Below are positions 55,501 through 64,000 of a stretch of 64,000 bases of DNA, in pieces (the stretch's first letter is position 1; each line of letters starts with the position of its first letter). The position numbers were made by a program, and so were the translations under genes. The stretch is from IMG/VR virus record IMGVR_UViG_3300020057_001232, positions 32,001 through 96,000 of that record; one strand, written 5' to 3'. A model generated the notes under the pieces. It did not search any database and had not been told where the DNA came from. It saw only the letters and a program-made list of their open reading frames with translations. Origin of the DNA: a virus.

Positions 55501-55908
55501 GTGGATTTTGAAATTCTACACATTATATTAAATGTTATCTCAATTACATTAGGCGTAATAACAATGGGTAAACTTTTTTTCGTCCGAAAATCACAAGAAA
55601 CTATGATGCGTGAGCAAACGGAGCTACTAGCACAGCTTTTAGCCGCTCAACAGCTTGCCAATCCTCAGCAGCAAGTCTCCACACACACCATCGTCGAGCG
55701 GGTTACGCAGGCACCTGCGGAACAAGTATCGACTCCCGCAGAGTCTATACCAGACTTTCAGTTCGATGAGCCTGACCTGCCGTTCATTCCTAGAATGGAT
55801 TTAAAGGGTAAAGCTACCTTAGACGCCGTGTCTGAGGAGACTTCGGACTTCGACGCCAAAGGCGGTGCTAAGAAGCTCCGTAAAGTGAAAGAAGGTCAGG
55901 GTTCGTGA
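55501..55908 (+). CDS. membrane-anchored hypothetical protein
   Basis: N-terminal TM helix; C-terminal AKKLRKVK. Confidence 0.55.
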   Translation: MDFEILHIILNVISITLGVITMGKLFFVRKSQETMMREQTELLAQLLAAQQLANPQQQVSTHTIVERVTQAPAEQVSTPAESIPDFQFDEPDLPFIPRMDLKGKATLDAVSEETSDFDAKGGAKKLRKVKEGQGS

Positions 55909-56252
55909 AGCAAGTCATTGTCATGCGTACAGACTTGAATATGAGAAAAGGCAAAATGATCGCCCAAGGTGCCCACGCAAGCTTAACGGCGTGCATTCGT
56001 GCTCAGGTTCTAAACGATCCCAGGTACCAACACTGGTTAGACAACGGGATGAAAAAGATCTGCGTCGGGATCGGCTCGGCAGCGGAGCTTGTAAAGCTCT
56101 ACACAGACGCAGAAAACTCTGGTATTGTTGCTTCTCTGATCTTAGACCAAGGTCTTACCGAGTTCAACGAAGAGACGTTTACAGCGGTAGCTATCGGACC
56201 TGCTGACGATGAAGCTGTAGATGAATTTACCAGACACTTGAAACTTTTATAA
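55905..56252 (+). CDS. pth2: peptidyl-tRNA hydrolase Pth2
   Basis: KQVIVMRTDLNMRKGKMIAQGAHA, DQGLTE, TAVAIGP. Confidence 0.93.
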   Translation: MKQVIVMRTDLNMRKGKMIAQGAHASLTACIRAQVLNDPRYQHWLDNGMKKICVGIGSAAELVKLYTDAENSGIVASLILDQGLTEFNEETFTAVAIGPADDEAVDEFTRHLKLL

Positions 56253-56262
56253 GGAGATCTAT

Positions 56263-57270
56263 ATGGCTCGTGGACTTGACGTTGGGACATCCAACCTCGT
56301 AGCAGCTCAGCTCAATAAAGACGGGCAGGTCGTCACGAAGCGCCTTCGAAATGCCTTCATCGAAATCGACGAGGAGCAAAAAGCTCGCCTTTCTCAAGGC
56401 GGATTGAATGCCGTCCACATCAAAGACCGCAGCTATATCGTCGGCGACGAAGCCATTTCGATTGCTCGCATTCTAAATAAAGAAGTCCGTCGTCCGATGG
56501 CTAGCGGCGTTCTTAACCCTGACGAGAAAGATGGTCGCTCAGTGATCGGTCTTCTCATCAAAGCACTTCTCGGCGAGCCGTCAGAAGACGACGAAAAGGT
56601 TTGCTTTTCGATCCCTGCCGTCGCCGTCGATGCAGTTACGAAGACAAACAACATTTGGCATACGGGATTTTTTTCGTCCCTTCTTGAAAACATGGGGTAC
56701 CAACCTGAGCCCATCAACGAAGCCTTAGCCATCGTCTACGCCGAATGTGCGGAAGATGGTCACAGCGGCATCGCCATTTCCCACGGAGCAGGGCAGGTGA
56801 ACGTCTGTGCTTCTTACAAACTTGTAGGCTCGCTTGAGTTCTCCATCGCTCGTTCGGGAGATTGGGTTGACCAAAACTCTGCTACGGCGTCCGGTGTCTC
56901 AATTGCGAGAGTCCTAAAAGTCAAAGAAGATCCAAACTTCGACCTTCTCGACTACGAAACTGTGGACGACGAGATCGGTCCAGCTCTTTTCTACCACTAC
57001 TCAGCAATGATTAAGTACGAGATCATGCACCTTGCTCGTGAATGGATGAAGATGAAGTCGCAGCTCGACTTCCCGGACTCCATCCCCATCGTCCTCAGCG
57101 GCGGTACGGCGTCGATCAAAGGCTTCAAAGAGCTTTGGGAGCTAGAGCTAAACCGCTTTCAGAAAAAGAACACGCTTCCGTTTAAAATTAAAGAAGTCCG
57201 TATGGCGAAGGACCCCTTCGGAGCGGTCGCTAAAGGTCTTCTCACTTACGCAATGTCACAGGGGAAATAA
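56263..57270 (+). CDS. actin-like ATPase (MreB/ParM/FtsA superfamily)
   Basis: GLDVGTSN, INEALA, HGAGQVN, SGDWVD, VLSGGT, AVAKG. Confidence 0.8.
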   Translation: MARGLDVGTSNLVAAQLNKDGQVVTKRLRNAFIEIDEEQKARLSQGGLNAVHIKDRSYIVGDEAISIARILNKEVRRPMASGVLNPDEKDGRSVIGLLIKALLGEPSEDDEKVCFSIPAVAVDAVTKTNNIWHTGFFSSLLENMGYQPEPINEALAIVYAECAEDGHSGIAISHGAGQVNVCASYKLVGSLEFSIARSGDWVDQNSATASGVSIARVLKVKEDPNFDLLDYETVDDEIGPALFYHYSAMIKYEIMHLAREWMKMKSQLDFPDSIPIVLSGGTASIKGFKELWELELNRFQKKNTLPFKIKEVRMAKDPFGAVAKGLLTYAMSQGK

Positions 57271-57557
57271 TGAAGGCTAGAAAGAAACCAGTCATCATTG
57301 AGTGTTTTCAATACGACCCGGCTGAGTCGTTCCCGGTTTGGGCTCAAGGCAAAGCTGTCATTGATCCTACGTCTATGCAGATTGTTATCGAGACGCTTGA
57401 GGGCACGCACCGTGCAAGTCCGGGTGACTACATTATTCAAGGCGTGAAGGGTGAAGTGTACCCCTGCCGTAAAGATATCTTTGAGGAAACTTATGACGTA
57501 CTCGTGGAGTTTACTACTCAGCCTGTTGTTGGCGTCGTTCACTCTGTCGTCGTGTGA
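57270..57557 (+). CDS. conserved small phage protein (PGDY motif)
   Basis: RKKPVIIE, TLEG, PGDYIIQGVKGEVYPCRKDIFEETY. Confidence 0.75.
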   Translation: MKARKKPVIIECFQYDPAESFPVWAQGKAVIDPTSMQIVIETLEGTHRASPGDYIIQGVKGEVYPCRKDIFEETYDVLVEFTTQPVVGVVHSVVV

Positions 57558-57684
57558 GCGAGCGGATGAAGGCATGTTAGCCTGCCAAAAAGCCTGCGGC
57601 GAGTTCGGCGTAGCTACTTACTTGCACAGCACAAGCCAACCTGTTTGCATGTGCAAAGCGGGCAAGGAATGTCCTATTAAATGA
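57492..57684 (+). CDS. small Cys-rich lipoprotein
   Basis: Lipobox LSSC; CQKAC, CMC. Confidence 0.5.
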
Positions 57685-57941
57685 GAGGAGTATTTGTGAA
57701 CATCAATGCTATCCCTGTATTCGGTTGGTTCCTATCCATAGGACTTGCAGCATCCATCTCAGTCCCGTTTTACTTTCTGTGGAATTGGCTAGGACCGATC
57801 TACTTCTCGTTCCTTCCCCCACTCTACTTACAGCTACCGTTCTGGCATTGCGTTGGCTTGTGGGTTCTTGTTCCCATGGTTAAGGCTCTGCTTTTCCCGA
57901 CGATCAGCTCAAGCTCGTCTTCGACGGCAGCTAAGACCTGA
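57681..57941 (+). CDS. small membrane protein
   Basis: Two hydrophobic segments; FLWNWL. Confidence 0.55.
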   Translation: MRGVFVNINAIPVFGWFLSIGLAASISVPFYFLWNWLGPIYFSFLPPLYLQLPFWHCVGLWVLVPMVKALLFPTISSSSSSTAAKT

Positions 57942-58062
57942 TCTTTCCCGACAAGGTTAATCCTTCAAGATTAACCTGAAGGCAGATCCAATTGCCTTGT
58001 CTCGTTGGGGAGTTCACGGTGTTTCCTTTAAAGCAAACAGCTAATCAAGAGCGAGCAGTCTG

Positions 58063-58464
58063 ATGGCAATTCGGGTCATAAGACAAATCGCAATCGCTAT
58101 GCCTACGGCGAAGAAGCCGCTGCCGTTTATCTTCTATAAGATGGAAGGTTACCCAGACGGCGGACACGTCAACGTCAAAACAAACGACTTCATCTTGAGG
58201 GCGTTTAGTGCGGGGAAAATCGTCGGCGAAATCGTCGTCATCCACTCCGGCAGGAAGATCTCTGCCTACAGCGCACACGTTGAAGAGAGCTACCGCCGAC
58301 GAGGGGTAGCGACCGCCCTCTATGACAAAGCGGAAGAAATAACAGGAAAGGAAATAGTTCCTTACCCATATTCAACAGACCATCTCAGTTTCGAAGACGA
58401 CATAACGGAGGAGGCTCAAAAGTTCTGGGTTAATCGTTGGCGGAAAAAAGGTCAGTACGGCTAA
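58063..58464 (+). CDS. GNAT acetyltransferase
   Basis: VEESYRRRGVATALY; TEEAQKFW. Confidence 0.8.
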   Translation: MAIRVIRQIAIAMPTAKKPLPFIFYKMEGYPDGGHVNVKTNDFILRAFSAGKIVGEIVVIHSGRKISAYSAHVEESYRRRGVATALYDKAEEITGKEIVPYPYSTDHLSFEDDITEEAQKFWVNRWRKKGQYG

Positions 58465-58701
58465 GCAAAATGAACCCCACTGTACTGTAAAAAACGCCTT
58501 TGAATCTCGAAATTAGAGCTTTAGAGCGGGTTCGACCTACCTACCCCTCTCTAAGTAAGATTCATTGGCATTGAATACGTAACCATTTTCGGTGGGAATC
58601 ACTTTGCCTTTTATTGGACGAAATTCTAGCACCGACAACAACAAAATCTGGCGGTTTTCGGAAGCTAGAGTTGACAGCTTTGTCGGGGGCAGGACGGTAA
58701 G

Positions 58702-59379
58702 ATGGCTCCAATAATCGACGTAACCTCCGGCATTGTCCGTAACCTTCTAAAGACTACGTACTATCTCCGCATTCCCAGAAAAGACAAAGTTGGAAAGACA
58801 GTCCCCCTGCGTCACGACCGGGACGGTCAAACTATCCCACTACCACCTAACGTCGATGTTGAACTTTTCTGGAAAGACTTCGATGCGATTGAAGAGCAGC
58901 TCATCGCTCTCAACCGCGACAACATCGTTAGGATCATCAAACGTCCTACCCACAGCTCTGGTGTTGGCACCGATAATTTAGACATTGAGAAAGATTCAGT
59001 TACGGTAGTGTCGGATGCTCTCTTTTTGAACTTCCACGGCAACGTAGATGTGACCAATGAGGGAGCAAACCGTGCGGGCGTTACAGTTAGAGCCAACAAT
59101 CAAGGCAGGGAAGTTTTCTTCACTGCTGGAGATTGGAACGAGCACACATTAGAAATTATCCCTACCGGCGTTCCGGTAATAGGTCAAATCGGACCCCATC
59201 AGTTGCCCGTATCAGGAAAACAATACGACGTAGCTCCCTTTAAGATTCTCAGCGTGGACGACAGACGACCGATTGACCTCGATACTTTTGTTAACATCTC
59301 AACTGGAGTTATCTCCCTTAAAAAAGCTCCTGCCATTCCAGATTTTGCAGGTCTCGTTATGCTTACGATGATTCTGTGA
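58702..59379 (+). CDS. virion structural protein (C-terminus paralogous to 59615..60319)
   Basis: FTAGDW...GQIGPHQL...G.ISLKKAP...FAG. Confidence 0.6.
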   Translation: MAPIIDVTSGIVRNLLKTTYYLRIPRKDKVGKTVPLRHDRDGQTIPLPPNVDVELFWKDFDAIEEQLIALNRDNIVRIIKRPTHSSGVGTDNLDIEKDSVTVVSDALFLNFHGNVDVTNEGANRAGVTVRANNQGREVFFTAGDWNEHTLEIIPTGVPVIGQIGPHQLPVSGKQYDVAPFKILSVDDRRPIDLDTFVNISTGVISLKKAPAIPDFAGLVMLTMIL

Positions 59380-59389
59380 AGGGGGTGGT

Positions 59390-59590
59390 GTGAATAACAT
59401 TCAAGCAGTCAACCGAAGAATCGACAAACTAGAGATAGCATTTGTCCTTCTTTTGAACTGTTTGCGTGCCACCAAAAAGGTGGAGGAAGACTTCGTTATA
59501 TTGAAAATCCCTGAAAAAACGCTTGATTCTCTTGAGAAGATGATTCTGGCAAGGATAGGGGATGGCAATCAATTAGGTGAGATTAAATAA
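59390..59590 (+). CDS. hypothetical protein
   Basis: ORF. Confidence 0.4.
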   Translation: MNNIQAVNRRIDKLEIAFVLLLNCLRATKKVEEDFVILKIPEKTLDSLEKMILARIGDGNQLGEIK

Positions 59591-59614
59591 CTACGAAACC
59601 ACCGAGGAGAGAAA

Positions 59615-60319
59615 ATGGCTAAGTTAATGTACGAACATGTATTCGCGGCTGGCGGCTTCTCAGGCGAGTCTTTCGACATCGCCGTGGGTCCTGCCAATAC
59701 AGGTCTAATTGATGTGTTGCTTTCTGCTGGCGACGGCGCTCTAACGGACAATGCTCCCCACGCTCTTGTATCGACAGGCGCATTGACGGCAGCAAGGGCT
59801 CTCGACATCTCCGGCATGGAGACTGAAGGAGCTGGCGGCGGTGGACAAGCACTTAACGGTCGCTTCTTCTACCTCTCGGTTCAGAACACCGACATCGAAA
59901 CTAACCCAATCACAATCAGCAGCTCGACGAGCATCAACGGCGTCGGTACCCTCGTTATCGACAACGTCGGTGACTACCTCTTCACGCACCTCTCTGGCGG
60001 TGTTTGGAGAGCCAACTTCTTGCCTAGCACTGTTCCTGACACCGCGTCCATGGTCCGTGTTACTTTCGCGGCGGCTGACTGGGTTGGCAACGCCATCACG
60101 ATCCTAAGAACCGGCACTCCAGGTGCGGGTCAAGTTGGTCCCCACGATCTCGCGGCGTACAACTCCTACTTGGTGCAGATCATCAACACGGATCAGACGC
60201 CTGACGAAATGGTCGATGTCGAGTTGCAGTTCGCTGGCTCGGGTAACATCACCATGCGTAAAGCGCCAAGAGCGGCAGCTTTCGCTGGTATCGCAGTCAT
60301 CTCCGGTACTGTTGACTAA
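59615..60319 (+). CDS. virion structural protein
   Basis: G/A/T-rich; FAAADW...GQVGPHDL...GNITMRKAP...FAG. Confidence 0.65.
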   Translation: MAKLMYEHVFAAGGFSGESFDIAVGPANTGLIDVLLSAGDGALTDNAPHALVSTGALTAARALDISGMETEGAGGGGQALNGRFFYLSVQNTDIETNPITISSSTSINGVGTLVIDNVGDYLFTHLSGGVWRANFLPSTVPDTASMVRVTFAAADWVGNAITILRTGTPGAGQVGPHDLAAYNSYLVQIINTDQTPDEMVDVELQFAGSGNITMRKAPRAAAFAGIAVISGTVD

Positions 60320-60331
60320 TAGGGGGCTACA

Positions 60332-60517
60332 ATGGATATGGAAGCTAAAACGAAGGAACTTCGTCAGGAGTTGGAAGCGATGGGTTCCGAAGAAAGCAAA
60401 CTTCGTGGACGCATCAAACAGCTCAAGGAAATGATCGAAGAGAAGAAGCGTCGTTCTGCGTCACTTGCTTCTCTGAGAAAAGAAGAAGAAGCCGTATTGC
60501 TAGAACTTCTTAAGTAA
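60332..60517 (+). CDS. small coiled-coil protein (fibre chaperone?)
   Basis: Heptad pattern. Confidence 0.45.
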   Translation: MDMEAKTKELRQELEAMGSEESKLRGRIKQLKEMIEEKKRRSASLASLRKEEEAVLLELLK

Positions 60518-60538
60518 GTCTGTCGCTGCTGAGGTAAA

Positions 60539-61798
60539 GTGAGTAATGAATTCTATAGCCTTGCGAGAACTTACGGCGGACTTTCACTTGAGTACGCAGA
60601 CGTAAAGGAATCCGATTTTGCGTCCGCAGCAGCGTCAGCTTATTCTCCCTCAGAACGTGGTGACTTTAGACGTGTAGACGGAACAAGAAAAATTCAACTA
60701 CTCATGGAGTGTCCAGGGGTAGTTGAATCTTTTCAAACTTCAGCGGGTACAATAGTTCTTCCAGCAAACGACGTATCAACAGCAACAAATGATGCTGGTG
60801 ATGGACGTCTTTTCTTCTTTAGGAACTCTGGAACAGGTGCGATAGCTATCGAAGACTACTTCGGAAGCTCCCTGCACTCAGTCCCTGCTAGTACCACAAT
60901 TATCATCATAGGTAACACCGCCAACACTTGGGACTTCATAGCTCCTAGTGTGACGACCTTCAATACTCCCTCTACTCAACTCGTAGATCAAGCTAACGCT
61001 CAAGGCGTATCGCCAGACAGCAGTCGCGCGGATCATATCCATAGTATACCGACAGCTACTCCTACAGACGTAGGCTCCGCTAACGCTCAAGGTATTGCTA
61101 CGACGACGGTCAAGTCTGACCACGTCCACAGAGGCGTGCATAGTCTCAAAGCTACAGCCACAGGCACTCAACGCTTTGGTGACATCACACTTGAAAAAGG
61201 TTCCAATATTGTCCTCTCAGACAATGGTTTGGGCTCTTTCATCATATCAACTTTAGATCTGTCTATTACAGTTACGTCAGCCTCCACTCTCACTTTGACT
61301 GCCGCATCGACGGCGCAGCAAGTGTTTACGGGAGTTACGGTAGGTCAAAATGTAGATCTTCCTGACGCGACTACCTTAGATGTTGGTCGTCTATACTTCA
61401 TCTGGAATGATTCCACCAAAAGCATCGACGTTAGAAACAGCACCAGTGCTTCGATCTTCATCGTCCCACCGCACTACCGTGGAATCGTCACCCTCACCAC
61501 CAACGCTACGGCGGCTGGCGTTTGGACCTGGATGATGATGTCGGAGTCAGAAGATTTAAGTCTTAAGTCTGGTGTTGCTAGCTCGGGTAGCTTTACTGGA
61601 AGCCCTAAAACGGCTCTAATCTCTTTCGCAACTCCATTTTTTTCCAACTTGTACGCAATTGTTATTACAGGCAGTGATAAACGTTCGTGGTCGTATGACA
61701 GCAAGACTGTCGGCGGGTTTACGATAGAAGCAAATGCAGCTACCGCGTTAACCGCAGAAGTTAGCTGGCACGCAATCTTAATCGGTGAGAATTCATAA
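60539..61798 (+). CDS. tail fibre-like structural protein (paralog family)
   Basis: SRADHIH, KSDHVH, LPDATTL; C-terminal FTGSPK...AILIGENS. Confidence 0.7.
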   Translation: MSNEFYSLARTYGGLSLEYADVKESDFASAAASAYSPSERGDFRRVDGTRKIQLLMECPGVVESFQTSAGTIVLPANDVSTATNDAGDGRLFFFRNSGTGAIAIEDYFGSSLHSVPASTTIIIIGNTANTWDFIAPSVTTFNTPSTQLVDQANAQGVSPDSSRADHIHSIPTATPTDVGSANAQGIATTTVKSDHVHRGVHSLKATATGTQRFGDITLEKGSNIVLSDNGLGSFIISTLDLSITVTSASTLTLTAASTAQQVFTGVTVGQNVDLPDATTLDVGRLYFIWNDSTKSIDVRNSTSASIFIVPPHYRGIVTLTTNATAAGVWTWMMMSESEDLSLKSGVASSGSFTGSPKTALISFATPFFSNLYAIVITGSDKRSWSYDSKTVGGFTIEANAATALTAEVSWHAILIGENS

Positions 61799-61855
61799 AA
61801 CTACTACTGCGCAAGATTAACACGGGTATAATTCATAATATTTGAGGGGGTAGAG

Positions 61856-62458
61856 ATGCCGCATATTATCGATAGTATAATCATCGAAGGAACAGGTAGG
61901 ACAAACGCCCTCAGCGTAGACGTAACAAGCACAGTAACTGCGGCAGGTTCGCAAGTTCTAACGGCGGCTTCTACCTCGCAGCAAGTGTACACAGGTACAA
62001 CTGCCGCTCAGTTGATCAGAGCACCAGACGCTACGACGCTTGCGGCGGGTCACACATACTGGCTTTGGAACCAAGCGACCGTCCCCGTGTCGTTCCAGAA
62101 CAATACACCAGCCACTCAATTTACTTTGCCAGCCGGAGCTAGAGCTAGGGTTACTGTTACCGACATTAGCTCTGCGGCAGGTGTTTGGATTTGGTCGATT
62201 GAAACTAACTTAGCCGACCTAAAAACAAAAGCGGGGACGATCTCCGCAGGTACATTTACAGGTACTCCTAGAATCGCCACTGCTACTTTCGCTACCGCCT
62301 TCACTGACGCCAACTACAGTGTGTCTATCATCGGACAAGATGGTCGTACTTGGAGATACCAAACTAAAGCGGCTGGCTCGTTTGTGATCAACACACAAGC
62401 AAACACTGCTTTAACCTCCGCAGTTGACTGGATTGCAGTGTTCCAAGGTGAAAATTAA
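61856..62458 (+). CDS. tail fibre-like structural protein (paralog family)
   Basis: MPHIID, PDATTL, FTGTPR, QGEN. Confidence 0.7.
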   Translation: MPHIIDSIIIEGTGRTNALSVDVTSTVTAAGSQVLTAASTSQQVYTGTTAAQLIRAPDATTLAAGHTYWLWNQATVPVSFQNNTPATQFTLPAGARARVTVTDISSAAGVWIWSIETNLADLKTKAGTISAGTFTGTPRIATATFATAFTDANYSVSIIGQDGRTWRYQTKAAGSFVINTQANTALTSAVDWIAVFQGEN

Positions 62459-62494
62459 CAGCTAAATTTTTGAGGAAATAGAGGGGATTTCAAG

Positions 62495-63409
62495 ATGCCG
62501 CATATTATTGATACAATGATCTCTGAAGGGCTACTAGATACTAGAAGTTTTAGGACTCAAGCGGTTGTAGCGGCTACGGCTGCTGCGACTACAACCTTAA
62601 CGGTTTCCTCTGAACTAGCTCACCTCTACACAGGAACTACTGCTGGACAGATTATTCGTCTTGGCGATGCAACGACTTACACAGTCGGTCATCAGTACGA
62701 GATCCACAACAGCTCTACCCAGAGTATTGCTCTTCAGGATAACGGCGCAGGAGTTCTAGCTACACTTGGAGCTGGGCAACGTGCTTCCGTAATTCTCCAG
62801 AACATTGGAACTGCGGCGGGTGTTTGGGCAGTCGTAGTTGGTCAAATCATTACCACTGCTGCTGCCTCAACGCAAAACCTTGAGCAGACGAACGCAGAAG
62901 GTACTTCGACTTCCCTAGCTAGAGCCGACCACGTTCACAACATTCCTACTGCTGCCCCGGTTGCAATTGGTACAGCTAACGCGGCAGGTGCCGCAGTTAC
63001 TGCTGCAAGATCCGACCACGTTCACCGTGGTATCTCAAGCATCGACGCCAACGCAGGCACTGACCGCTACGGCGATATCACACTACAGCAGGGTACAAAC
63101 TTAACTGTTGTAGACAACGGTTCTGGTACGTTGACGTTCAACGCTACTGCCCAAGTTGGTACTGGCTTAGTCATCAAAGCAGGTACGGTAGCTGCCGCTA
63201 CGTTTGCGGGAAGCCCTAAAAAAGCCACGGTTACTTTCGGCGCTGCGTTTGCGGCTGCTACTTATTCAATCAACGTAACTGGTGGTGACGGACGCACTTG
63301 GACCTTGGAGAGTATTGCAGTTGGATCTTTCGTGATTAATGCTAACGCCAACGCAGCACTTACTCAACCAGTACGTTGGGAAGCGATTGCCGCAGGCGAA
63401 TCTAACTAA
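62495..63409 (+). CDS. tail fibre-like structural protein (paralog family)
   Basis: MPHIID, ARADHVH, RSDHVH, FAGSPK, AGESN. Confidence 0.7.
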   Translation: MPHIIDTMISEGLLDTRSFRTQAVVAATAAATTTLTVSSELAHLYTGTTAGQIIRLGDATTYTVGHQYEIHNSSTQSIALQDNGAGVLATLGAGQRASVILQNIGTAAGVWAVVVGQIITTAAASTQNLEQTNAEGTSTSLARADHVHNIPTAAPVAIGTANAAGAAVTAARSDHVHRGISSIDANAGTDRYGDITLQQGTNLTVVDNGSGTLTFNATAQVGTGLVIKAGTVAAATFAGSPKKATVTFGAAFAAATYSINVTGGDGRTWTLESIAVGSFVINANANAALTQPVRWEAIAAGESN

Positions 63410-63487
63410 TTTTGAGAGTGTATTTGGTTGAGTTCTAAATTAGAATCAACCAAATAACCTATAATTATAGTTAAGGACATTTTTTAA

Positions 63488-64000
63488 ATGCCTAATATTG
63501 TAGATATTCAAACGGTTGAGGGTCTTACAGACACTCGGAGTTTTAGGACCCAAGCCCTTGTACAAGCAACTGCTGCGGTAACCACTAGCCTAACGGTTGC
63601 CTCAGAAGCTTCCATTATGTTCACCGGTACAGTGGTGGGACAGATTGTTGCCTTAGGCAATGCAACTACTTACACGGTGGGTCACCGGTACGAAATCCAC
63701 AACAACTCTACCCAAAACGTTGTACTACACAATAACCCAGGTACAACTTTAGCTACAATTGGTGCGGGGCAGCGAGCCTCAGTTATCCTTCAAAATAACA
63801 CAACTGCTGCTGGTATTTGGGCTATAGTTCTTGGTGGAGCTAGTGTAGTTACAACTAACCTCGGTGTAGTTCAAAAGCGAAGAACCACTACTTATACGAT
63901 GACCGGCTCTTTCGCTAGTATCACATTTAACACACTAGATATCGAATCAAACTCTGCGGTAGTAGACGCAGACCCTGTTAATACAGACCGTATTAGGATA
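63488..64000 (+). CDS. tail fibre-like paralog (partial, runs off window end)
   Basis: Hand translation MPNIVDIQTVEGLTDTRSFRTQA...LGNATTYTVGHRYEIHN, closely matching 62495..63409. Confidence 0.75.
   Translation, partial: MPNIVDIQTVEGLTDTRSFRTQALVQATAAVTTSLTVASEASIMFTGTVVGQIVALGNATTYTVGHRYEIHNNSTQNVVLHNNPGTTLATIGAGQRASVILQNNTTAAGIWAIVLGGASVVTTNLGVVQKRRTTTYTMTGSFASITFNTLDIESNSAVVDADPVNTDRIRI

Noticed and set aside
58510-58550. tRNA-like GGTTCGA motif
   Set aside because: No T-stem or cloverleaf could be formed around it
1-64000. Stop-codon reassignment as seen in some large phages
   Set aside because: Recognisable genes are full length in code 11, and TAA, TAG and TGA all serve as stops

Overview
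64-kb segment of a large (probably jumbo) dsDNA tailed phage genome, standard genetic code, densely coding on both strands, with no rRNA or CRISPR. Phage hallmarks are a terminase large subunit with a LAGLIDADG intein in its Walker A, a RuvC-like resolvase, putative neck proteins and many tail-fibre/virion proteins, including a paralogous array at the right end. Accessory cargo is rich: ClpP, TerC and vWA, two 2OG-Fe(II) oxygenases, MoxR/CobS-CobT pair, DHFR, Pth2, actin-like ATPase, metallophosphoesterase, and several lipoprotein hydrolases. The best candidate for an undescribed system is split over two loci. Locus A holds a small Gly-terminated ubiquitin-like candidate and a Ro60/TROVE-like vWA protein (11454-13415). 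Locus B holds a structured ncRNA (a tRNA-like cloverleaf on top of a long closing stem, Y-RNA-like, 22120-22255) followed by a conserved-Cys E2-like candidate, a JAB/JAMM peptidase and a ThiF/E1 (22297-24207). Three close-to-consensus sigma-28 (FliA) promoters with IHF-like sites, plus the hydrolase cargo, hint at a flagellated, possibly Bdellovibrionota-like host. All calls come from reading motifs by eye; no searches were run.
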